This document shows, piece by piece, positions 55,851-64,000 of a stretch of DNA of 64,000 nt. The stretch's first letter is position 1. Every line of letters begins with the position of its first letter. The stretch lies in IMG/VR virus record IMGVR_UViG_3300029955_000024; one strand, written 5' to 3'. This DNA is from a virus. Made by a program: the position numbers and the translations under genes. A model generated the notes under the pieces. It saw nothing but the letters and a program-made list of their open reading frames with translations. It did not search any database and was not told the DNA's origin.

Positions 55851-57878
55851 ATGAGTGAGAAAGTAGATATAACTTTAGATAGTTTCTTATCTGAGGTTAA
55901 TAAAAGAAATACAAACAAGGATGGAAGCGAGAGAGACCCTAGATTGCTCGAACGCTTCCAGAACCCTATATGTCAGGATTGTCACGCCCGATATAAAGAG
56001 AAGTACCCGGGTATTCCGTTCAAGATTAAGTGTAATGGTGTTTATGATGATCCCGATTATGTAATTATAAGGGAGAAGTGGAAAGAAACTTATCCAGATG
56101 AGGAACCACCAGATTTAGAGACTATTAAAGAAATTACTGATCCGTCTTACTGGGCGAGAAAACATATCTATAGAAAAGATCATAGAGGTGACTTGGTTCC
56201 TTTCGTTCCTCGTTGGTATCAGGAATGGATTCTTCGTTGTACAGCAATGCAGAAAGTTGATAGATGTGGTAGGGGCACCGGGAAAACTACTGTAGGTGTA
56301 ATTGAAGAATTACATAAAGCTATCACTAGAAAGAATTATGATATCCTTGTTGTAAGCCCTGCTGATTCACAGTCAGAAAAATGGTTCACTGAGATTCTAG
56401 TGCAAGTAGAAAACTCTCCATCATTGAGAGAAGCTCTAGCCCAGAAGAAGCAACAGCCTTATAAAATATTTAGATTTAATAATGGGTCTACTATCTCCAT
56501 CTTCACTGCGGGTTCCGCTTCAGGTCGTGGTGCTGATTCTATTCGTTCTCAATCGCCTAGACGTGTTCGTTGCGAGGAGCAGGACTATCTAGCAGAAAAA
56601 GATTGGGGAGCGATAGAACCTCTTCTAAATAGATATTCAGATTCTGAGTTCCATGGAGCTTCAACCCCTACTGGTTCACGTAATAAGTTCTGGAACATGT
56701 GTACCAAATATCCTAGATATAAAGAATTCTATTTCCCAGTTACTGTTCTTCCAGACTGGAGTCCAGAGAAAGAAGAACAGTGTATTTTAGAAGCTAAAAC
56801 CATGGATAGATATCGCCATGAATATTTAGCTGAATTTGGTGACCCCACACAAGGTGTATTCAAAGGCATCTTCGTAGATAGAGCAAAAGGGGTATATGAA
56901 GACCCACAACATCCACACACTAAAGGATATGATACTTGTCAGTATGACCCAAACCTAAGGTACTTTATGGGCGTGGATTGGAATGGTGAAGGTACTGGTA
57001 CCCGTATACGTGTATTGTCTTATGACACAATTAGTAGAATAAGACGTTGTGTAACAGCACATACTGTAGATGAAGCTACTTGGACAGTTAATAAGTCTAT
57101 TGATGCTATTCAGATATTAAATAAGAAGTGGCATTGTGAAAAGGTATTTATAGACAGGGGTTATGGTCAGGCACAAGACGAAATGATTCGTATGCGAGGA
57201 GTAACAGCTCCCCCAACTGATGCAGATACCCGTAGACTTCGAGATATAATAGCCATAGACTTCGGTGCTAAATTAATAACTAATAAACTTGTTCCATTAA
57301 GAGATCCTAACTCTAAGTACTTACCCGAAGACAAGAATGAACTAGAACGCCCAACTAAGCCGTTTATGGTTGAAGGCGCTGTAATGGCTATAGAAACAGG
57401 TCTTGTTACATTCTGGCAAGGGGACTCTTTATTGGATGAACAATTAAGAGCTTACAGAGTAAAGAACTGGTCAGCACACGGGTATCCGTCTTCTTATGAA
57501 GTAGAAGGAGACTGTGGAGACCACGATTTAGACGCGTTCATGCTGGCACTCCTAGCAATTGAAATGACGTATGGTATGTTCAAGACTCCAGAAGAATTAA
57601 AGAAGTGGACTCAAATTGTATATGTTGGAAACTTCGGAGCTAATATGGGATTCGGTAAGTCCTCTTCTGATCCAATGAATAAGAAGAGAGAAGACGCAGG
57701 CATCCCTAACAGAACACAACCAACAACTACTTCTCCGAAAGATGAATATAGATTAATGTATCTAATGAAGAGTGGGTCTTTAATTGCCCCCGCTAGAAGT
57801 AGTTCTGGTAGAATGCAAACAGGATCGAGAACAAGCATATTTAGAAAATCCCCAGGTAATAAAGATAGGAATTATTAA
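55851..57878 (+). CDS. terL: terminase large subunit
   Basis: Walker A 'CGRGTGKTT', ATPase then RNaseH-like nuclease region ('FMGVDWNGEG', 'IDRGYG', 'DCGDHDLDAF'); 675 aa. Confidence 0.85.
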   Translation: MSEKVDITLDSFLSEVNKRNTNKDGSERDPRLLERFQNPICQDCHARYKEKYPGIPFKIKCNGVYDDPDYVIIREKWKETYPDEEPPDLETIKEITDPSYWARKHIYRKDHRGDLVPFVPRWYQEWILRCTAMQKVDRCGRGTGKTTVGVIEELHKAITRKNYDILVVSPADSQSEKWFTEILVQVENSPSLREALAQKKQQPYKIFRFNNGSTISIFTAGSASGRGADSIRSQSPRRVRCEEQDYLAEKDWGAIEPLLNRYSDSEFHGASTPTGSRNKFWNMCTKYPRYKEFYFPVTVLPDWSPEKEEQCILEAKTMDRYRHEYLAEFGDPTQGVFKGIFVDRAKGVYEDPQHPHTKGYDTCQYDPNLRYFMGVDWNGEGTGTRIRVLSYDTISRIRRCVTAHTVDEATWTVNKSIDAIQILNKKWHCEKVFIDRGYGQAQDEMIRMRGVTAPPTDADTRRLRDIIAIDFGAKLITNKLVPLRDPNSKYLPEDKNELERPTKPFMVEGAVMAIETGLVTFWQGDSLLDEQLRAYRVKNWSAHGYPSSYEVEGDCGDHDLDAFMLALLAIEMTYGMFKTPEELKKWTQIVYVGNFGANMGFGKSSSDPMNKKREDAGIPNRTQPTTTSPKDEYRLMYLMKSGSLIAPARSSSGRMQTGSRTSIFRKSPGNKDRNY

Positions 57879-58708
57879 TGGCAATTAACATTCCAGGTCT
57901 TACTGATATTAATGGTATATCTATACCTATTGTTTCCAAAGCCTCTCAATGGAGAGGTCAACAACAATTACAGTATGCCTCTATAATAAATTATATCAAG
58001 AATGATTTCCATGGGTTAAGCGACTTCCAAACGGAGATGACTATATATTCATCTACGCATCCAATACTCGCTAAAGCGTGGAGTACCATATCTAGTATGG
58101 TTCCTGTTAATGCTCAAGTATCTTTACAAATGTACTATGATATACTGATGGGACCAGTTGGTAACGCCTTCTTGAATATGATTGGATTTGGGACGGTGTT
58201 TGCGGCTTCACCGTTAACACAAATCACTAATGAAGCAACTAATACAGTGTCTAGTGTAGTAAGTAGCGCGGCTAGTACAGCTTCTAGTAGTGGTTCAACT
58301 GGATCAACACTTGGAGTAGTAGCTAGCACAGCAGCTCAATTAGCACCTGCTGCTTCTATTATTGGATCGGCACCTTCTGCGATCAACGCACCAGTTCCAG
58401 TAGCAGGTATAACCTCACCAACTGATACTGGTACAGGTATGGGCGGAACAACTTCTACCACTTCTCCAATAAATGCTAATCAAGTAGCTGGTGTACCTAT
58501 CAGTGGGGTACCAACTACAGCTGGGCAATATCTAGGTTATACCGGACAACAGCTTTCTTGGACTAATCCGATAACAATATTACCAATAACTACTGGTGCC
58601 CCAACAACTCCCGCTCCACAGGTAGGCAGTATGATGTTAGATACCTCTGGAAATTACATTTGGGTATATGCCAATAGTGCTTGGAAAAAAGTGGAGCTGA
58701 CTTCTTAG
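57878..58708 (+). CDS. Ser/Thr/Ala-rich virion-associated protein candidate (276 aa)
   Basis: Low-complexity S/T/A/G tracts; start overlaps terL stop (ATGA-type). Confidence 0.4.
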   Translation: MAINIPGLTDINGISIPIVSKASQWRGQQQLQYASIINYIKNDFHGLSDFQTEMTIYSSTHPILAKAWSTISSMVPVNAQVSLQMYYDILMGPVGNAFLNMIGFGTVFAASPLTQITNEATNTVSSVVSSAASTASSSGSTGSTLGVVASTAAQLAPAASIIGSAPSAINAPVPVAGITSPTDTGTGMGGTTSTTSPINANQVAGVPISGVPTTAGQYLGYTGQQLSWTNPITILPITTGAPTTPAPQVGSMMLDTSGNYIWVYANSAWKKVELTS

Positions 58709-58715
58709 AGAATCT

Positions 58716-60284
58716 ATGTCATTCGAACCAATTAAGTTTATATATAACCCGCCTAGGACTATTGAAGCCCCTTTACCTGAGGCATCGTCTTATGTTCCTA
58801 ATACGACGACGAATAACCCGAATGTTTATCCAGTAAGCACTGCTACTAATGCTGCTACTAGCTTTGCTGTGTCTTTGATATCTAGGTATAATGGACTAGC
58901 TGCAACTTCTAGTTATCTACAGCAAGTTATATTACAGCAGACACAAGATACACCTATAACTATAGATTTTGATGTGGATCCTGATGCTTCTAGAGCTATG
59001 ATAGGGTTGTTTGGTACCCCAAATCCTTCGAACACAGTAACGGTAAAAACATATTCACAGATGTTAGATTCACAATTGGGTGCCACAATGGCAGATATGC
59101 AATTGGGCAGTAATAGCCCTTTCGTGACTAGTCCATATCAGAACGCTAATATACTGACGCTAACTCAGTCTATAGAACAGAATCTACAGAGTCAAGGCAC
59201 GTATTCTTCTATATTACCAACGATGCTACGTAATCTTAAGGGTGACCAAGTTATATTCCAAAGCATAGCACAAACATTACAGAGTTATCCTGTAGTACAA
59301 TACGATCAATATCAAGCTTCCCAATTGGCGAATCCAAGTACTAACACCTCTATTATACCTGCATCGAGTTTAGATGTGTCGCCCCCTCTTAATTCATATT
59401 TAAATGATTATGCTGATAGATACTCCACAGCTTACGCTGGGACATATCAACTTGTATCTGGCATAAATGCTGTAGAGGGCGATATAAACAATGTATTGTC
59501 ACAGTATTTTAATACTGCCATTTCTGAATTAAATATGATAACATCTTTATTAAGTGCTGCTCAAACACTGACGAGTTTGACTAGATTACAGGATATGGCT
59601 GATGATTTATTAGGGTTTGCTTTCGTAAGATTACAATGCGAAGCTTTTACATTTATGAGTTTATTTAATAGACTTATGAATATAACTGTTATTCCATTTC
59701 AACAAGCTAATGGCATTCTTCATAAATTATCTTCTGCAATATCAGGCATCGCTTCAAAGTTAGGCACACAAACAGTAGGTGGATTAAAGGGGATGATTCA
59801 AGGGAGTAGCTGTTCCACCAGATCTAATTCTTCTGTTTACGCGCAAGTAAGGGGCTTACAAATCCCGGGGCTACATAACGTCACAGCTGGGTTAGCATCC
59901 TTAGGTTCACATTTAGCTTGGGCTGAATCAGAGGTAATGAAGGGCGAAGAAGAACTTATGAAACAGTTCCGTAGGTTATGTGAACGTAGAATAAATGCTT
60001 CTGGTGATATGTTAGAGCTAATGTGTTCACTTAAATCTATACAAACATTAGTATCCTTTGGTAAGGCTATCGCCTCTCAACCACAAAGTTTAGCGCCAAC
60101 CCAACAAACACAACCTAGCACAATAACTAATATACTATCTAATATTAGTGTAGGTACCGGAACTACATATAGTGTTAGTAATGGGTCAGTTATAGCTTCT
60201 CCACCAAACGTGCCCCCAATACCACCAACTGTCGCTTCTGTGTTCGCAACCGGTGGATTAAAACAGCTAAATCTGTCTAGTTAG
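58716..60284 (+). CDS. hypothetical structural protein (522 aa)
   Basis: Long ORF between terL and portal; S/T/Q/N-rich. Confidence 0.45.
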   Translation: MSFEPIKFIYNPPRTIEAPLPEASSYVPNTTTNNPNVYPVSTATNAATSFAVSLISRYNGLAATSSYLQQVILQQTQDTPITIDFDVDPDASRAMIGLFGTPNPSNTVTVKTYSQMLDSQLGATMADMQLGSNSPFVTSPYQNANILTLTQSIEQNLQSQGTYSSILPTMLRNLKGDQVIFQSIAQTLQSYPVVQYDQYQASQLANPSTNTSIIPASSLDVSPPLNSYLNDYADRYSTAYAGTYQLVSGINAVEGDINNVLSQYFNTAISELNMITSLLSAAQTLTSLTRLQDMADDLLGFAFVRLQCEAFTFMSLFNRLMNITVIPFQQANGILHKLSSAISGIASKLGTQTVGGLKGMIQGSSCSTRSNSSVYAQVRGLQIPGLHNVTAGLASLGSHLAWAESEVMKGEEELMKQFRRLCERRINASGDMLELMCSLKSIQTLVSFGKAIASQPQSLAPTQQTQPSTITNILSNISVGTGTTYSVSNGSVIASPPNVPPIPPTVASVFATGGLKQLNLSS

Positions 60285-60291
60285 GAAATCA

Positions 60292-62592
60292 ATGAGTAAT
60301 AGTAAAACAGCAAATACATTAGATATTGAAAAAATAGGACGTCAACAGCGTTTAGAAAATTGGTTAGAAAGAGACCAATCTAAATCTATTTCGTCCTTCA
60401 AACGCCGTATAAACGGAAAGACATTAGAGCCCTTTGTGGAAGGTTTAGGAGATAGGTCCAAGATGAAGATGCCTCTTCCTTGGAGACCTATGTCTACCCG
60501 TTCTGTAGAAGATGAAAAAGCAGCAGATGGTGGAAGGGCTATTGACCCTTCATCAGCTTCTATTAAGCTAGCCAAGGCTAGTGATTATATGGGTACTTAT
60601 CATGGCCACAATGGAATCTTACGTCCAGAATATGACATGTTAGAACCATTCGTTATTGCTGATACCGAGGTATACGTCAAGCAAGCAATCGTTCGTAGAC
60701 AAGCTTTAATGTTCCGGAATGGGTTTGAATTAGTTAGTGACTTTGACAAGGATACACAACAAGGACAAAAGAATGTAGATTATATACAGGCTCGTTTTGA
60801 TGTAATGGAGTATGTGACAAATAGGGCCACAGAGATCTTTCTAAAAGACATTTTGTATAATCTTGAATTATGTTCTAATTGTTTTCTGCGGAAGATTCGT
60901 GATGAGAAAGCATCGCCCGGTGTAAAGCAAGATAATAATAATAAAAGAATTCCTGTTGCTGGGTATCAAATCATTCCAGCACATCAAATAATGCCTTATC
61001 TAAAGAGTGGTGTTATTATTAAGTGGCGCAGATACTTCGATACCGGTATGCCATTCGAAGACATCCCTCTTGAAGATATTATACATTTGAAGTGGGATGT
61101 TAAGCCAAGTCACATCTTTGGCACTCCACGTACAATTGGGGTTAGAGATGATATATTTGCGCTTCGCCGGTTGGAAGAGAACATAGAGCTCTTATTTATA
61201 AACCATCTATTTCCTTTATTCCATGTAAAAGTTGGTAATGAAAAAGCTCCGTGTACTTATACTTCAGACGGTAACTCAGAAATAGATCTAATCCGATATC
61301 AGATCGAAGCCATGCCAAAAGAGGGTATCTTCGTTACTGATGAAAGAGTTGAGATAGAAGCCGTTGGTGCTAGCGGGGAATCTCTTGATACTAAGGACAT
61401 CATTACCCATTTAAAGGGAAGGGTGTTTACAGGTCTAGGGGTATCCCCTTTAGACATGGGCGAAGGGGACTCGGCTAATAGAGCTACCGCTGATAATATC
61501 TCCCAGAATCTGAAAGATGCTATAAAAGCGGATCAGGAAACATTTGCCCATTTAATTCGTATCTGGATATTTAAAGAGTGGTTTCTAGAAGCTCCTTATT
61601 CATTGTCTGTTCAAAGAGCTGTGGCATCTACTCATCTAGCGTTCCATGAGATAGATTTGGATAACCTGATTAAAGAACAGAATCATATTATCCAGCTATA
61701 CACCAACCATCTTATTACCGAAACAGAAGCTCGTAAGAAGATACATAAGAAGCCTATGGATAACTCCATGCGTAAAGAAACCCATTACAAGCAGCACATC
61801 GTTGACTTGGTATGGGAAGAAGCTGAAGCTAAAGCTGATGCCCAGATTAAGATTACCGAAGCTCAAACTGAACAACAGAAGGCTTTACTTACCCATCAGA
61901 CTAAAGAAACAGAAAAGGGTGCTTCAACTCAAATGTCTCTATTAAAGGCCGAAGCCGAAGCAGAAGGAAAGAAAGCACAGGCCCAAGTAATAAAGGCGGA
62001 AGCTCAGCACAAAGTCTTGAAAGCTAAGACTGCCCATGCTATAGCTACTGGTGGTGGGAAGGCTGTGAAGAAAGCCACACCATCAGCTAAGACAACTAAG
62101 AATAAGAATATGCCTACTAACCAACATGGTACTAACCCCGGACCAACGAAGGCTAAAAGCTCTCTGGAATTCATGAAACTCCTAAAAGATAGGCTAACAG
62201 AGCTTCGATCTAACGTAATTAACCTTGAACAATGGTCAGTAGTATCAGCAAAAGTGATAGATGATTTAAATTTGGAATTTGAGGACTCCCAAACCATTGA
62301 TGACACAGAGAATTCCTATACTAATCAGATACGAACGGGATTAGATAGACTAAAGAATATAGTTGGACTAACCCACGACCCAGAAATCTTAAGTATCTTG
62401 TTAGACAGCTGGCTTGAATCAGAGGAATTAGAAGATGTCGAACACACAGCGGTGGAATCAGTTACCGGAAGGCTGGAGGACAGTGAAGCACCCAACAACG
62501 AGAGTGCCATTGGACCAAGCAATTCAGAACCCAGCGATAATCCCACGAGAGGGAAGACCAACAACGAAGACTCCCTTACCACAGTCGAATAG
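60292..62592 (+). CDS. portal protein (probable)
   Basis: 766 aa after terminase; AGGAA RBS; long C-terminal K/E/A coiled-coil and acidic tail as in podovirus portals. Confidence 0.6.
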   Translation: MSNSKTANTLDIEKIGRQQRLENWLERDQSKSISSFKRRINGKTLEPFVEGLGDRSKMKMPLPWRPMSTRSVEDEKAADGGRAIDPSSASIKLAKASDYMGTYHGHNGILRPEYDMLEPFVIADTEVYVKQAIVRRQALMFRNGFELVSDFDKDTQQGQKNVDYIQARFDVMEYVTNRATEIFLKDILYNLELCSNCFLRKIRDEKASPGVKQDNNNKRIPVAGYQIIPAHQIMPYLKSGVIIKWRRYFDTGMPFEDIPLEDIIHLKWDVKPSHIFGTPRTIGVRDDIFALRRLEENIELLFINHLFPLFHVKVGNEKAPCTYTSDGNSEIDLIRYQIEAMPKEGIFVTDERVEIEAVGASGESLDTKDIITHLKGRVFTGLGVSPLDMGEGDSANRATADNISQNLKDAIKADQETFAHLIRIWIFKEWFLEAPYSLSVQRAVASTHLAFHEIDLDNLIKEQNHIIQLYTNHLITETEARKKIHKKPMDNSMRKETHYKQHIVDLVWEEAEAKADAQIKITEAQTEQQKALLTHQTKETEKGASTQMSLLKAEAEAEGKKAQAQVIKAEAQHKVLKAKTAHAIATGGGKAVKKATPSAKTTKNKNMPTNQHGTNPGPTKAKSSLEFMKLLKDRLTELRSNVINLEQWSVVSAKVIDDLNLEFEDSQTIDDTENSYTNQIRTGLDRLKNIVGLTHDPEILSILLDSWLESEELEDVEHTAVESVTGRLEDSEAPNNESAIGPSNSEPSDNPTRGKTNNEDSLTTVE

Positions 62593-62619
62593 AATAGTTA
62601 ACCCATTTAAGGAAAAGTA

Positions 62620-64000
62620 ATGTCTTGGATCCGTATGAGGGACTTTGTTAGTGGTCCCACAAAGAAGATAATTAGAGTTGATAACCATAAAGTAATGGAT
62701 TCAGAGAGTAAATCAGAATCATTACTTATCTATGTAGCAGCTACACATGCTGGCATAGTTAATGGTAACTCTCGCTTTTATCGTCCCGACAGGATGCAGG
62801 AAAGCACAACATCTTGGTTGCCTAAGAATAGATTTCCAAAGCCAGTACTAATAGGACATAACGAAGACGGTCAGGTTCTCGGACGTGTAATGTCAGCAAG
62901 ATATGTCGACGAAAGTCATAAATATGTTGTTGATTTTCCTACCGTTCGAGATTCTGTATTTTATAAATCAGCAGCAGATAAAAGAGTTGGTTTATACGAG
63001 TCTATAGATTGGATAGTTGATAACCTACAAGAGCAGGATGAATACGCAGGCTTAGGTTATATAGAATTAGGATCAAAGATTACTAATCCAGAGGGTATTC
63101 AAAGAGTTCTTCGTGATGAGTACCTTACAGTCTCAGTAGGTTTCAAAACAGATTCTGCTATTTGTAGCATTTGTCACACTGATTGGGCGCAAGAAGATAA
63201 ATGCGAACACAAAATGGGCGAATTATACGATAAGAAGAAAATGTTTATTATCAGCGGTAGATTTGAATACGACGAGCTATCGTTTGTGAATTTCCCTGCT
63301 GATCCATTTGCTGGCGTAGTCTCTAAGGATAAGCTGGCTGATAGTCTATCGAAGTATTCACGAGAATCGTGTTTCTTCATGGGCCTCTCCACAAAGGAAC
63401 GTAAGTCCTTAGGTGGAGTTAAGATGACCGACAGTTTGTTAGGTCATGATATCGAATTCGAGGAAGACATGGCTATTTCAGTAGTGGAAGTAAATAATAT
63501 CGATCCGGTTACCTTCGAAGCTGAAATTAAGGACGATGGGTTGGTTTCAGAGAAAGCTCAAGAGCTGAAGAAGAAGCTTCAAACATGGGAGCCAGAGACT
63601 GATGAATTAAAGACTAAGAAACGTTCCTTAATTTCAACATTGAACGCAAGAATTAAGAAGAACAGCTGGGATAAGAAAACAGTAACTGAGACACCAACTA
63701 CAACAGCTCAACAAAGCGGAGAAATTGAAGCAGCTTTGTCTGAATGTAAAGCCTGCCACACCACAGATACAGATAATGATACACCACCAGAATGGAATAT
63801 GGACGAGTTAACTGAAGAAGATAAGTTATTCTTTAGTGACGTCGATGGTATCTATGCTGAGATGGAAGTCGAGATGGACGCGGCTCTTGCTGACGGCGAA
63901 TTAACAGATATAAAAGACGCCAAGCTTAGTTCTGAATCACGTAACAAGTTAAAGGGCGGTTCATTCTGCGGTCCAAATCGTAGCTTCCCGGTTCCAGATT
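62620..64000 (+). CDS. head-morphogenesis protein (scaffold/protease-like?), 5' partial within window
   Basis: Open frame from ATG 62620 (AAGGA RBS) to the window end with no stop; not in ORF track because it has no stop in the window. Confidence 0.4.
   Translation, partial: MSWIRMRDFVSGPTKKIIRVDNHKVMDSESKSESLLIYVAATHAGIVNGNSRFYRPDRMQESTTSWLPKNRFPKPVLIGHNEDGQVLGRVMSARYVDESHKYVVDFPTVRDSVFYKSAADKRVGLYESIDWIVDNLQEQDEYAGLGYIELGSKITNPEGIQRVLRDEYLTVSVGFKTDSAICSICHTDWAQEDKCEHKMGELYDKKKMFIISGRFEYDELSFVNFPADPFAGVVSKDKLADSLSKYSRESCFFMGLSTKERKSLGGVKMTDSLLGHDIEFEEDMAISVVEVNNIDPVTFEAEIKDDGLVSEKAQELKKKLQTWEPETDELKTKKRSLISTLNARIKKNSWDKKTVTETPTTTAQQSGEIEAALSECKACHTTDTDNDTPPEWNMDELTEEDKLFFSDVDGIYAEMEVEMDAALADGELTDIKDAKLSSESRNKLKGGSFCGPNRSFPVPD

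Overview
This window looks like a double-stranded DNA phage segment with two divergently transcribed blocks. Positions 1-48.6 kb are a dense minus-strand block of early, metabolic and accessory genes. A divergent sigma70-like promoter region lies at about 48.62-48.74 kb, and a plus-strand block runs from there to the end of the window. The plus-strand block contains small early-type genes, a metallophosphoesterase, a mini HExxH protein, membrane proteins, the large terminase (55851-57878), two Ser/Thr-rich proteins, a probable portal (60292-62592) and the start of a head-morphogenesis gene. Products I recognise with confidence on the minus strand are a Dps ferritin-like protein, two tRNAs with anticodon CAT, a CCA-adding tRNA nucleotidyltransferase, a T4 Pnkp-like stand-alone 3'-phosphatase and an ATP-dependent polynucleotide ligase. 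Also on the minus strand are a divergent adenylosuccinate-synthetase (PurA/PurZ-family) homolog, a vWA protein, a GT2 glycosyltransferase and two tandem DprA/Smf-like Rossmann proteins. The most striking feature is a Psp-like membrane-stress module made of a PspA/Vipp1 (IM30) homolog, a TPM-domain membrane protein and an SPFH/band-7 lipoprotein with a small membrane partner. A 1261-aa protein carries a GGGDLDD motif reminiscent of YonO/RdRP-type two-barrel RNA polymerases; no canonical DNA polymerase, helicase or multisubunit RNAP motifs were seen in the window. Non-coding highlights are an array of eight TTGCCRCY iterons, an AT-rich tandem-repeat block, a 520-bp gene-free structured region, repeated hairpin elements between early genes, and one strong bidirectional intrinsic terminator. 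Everything is inferred by eye from the sequence and the supplied ORF track. No database searches were run, so distant-homology calls are hypotheses.
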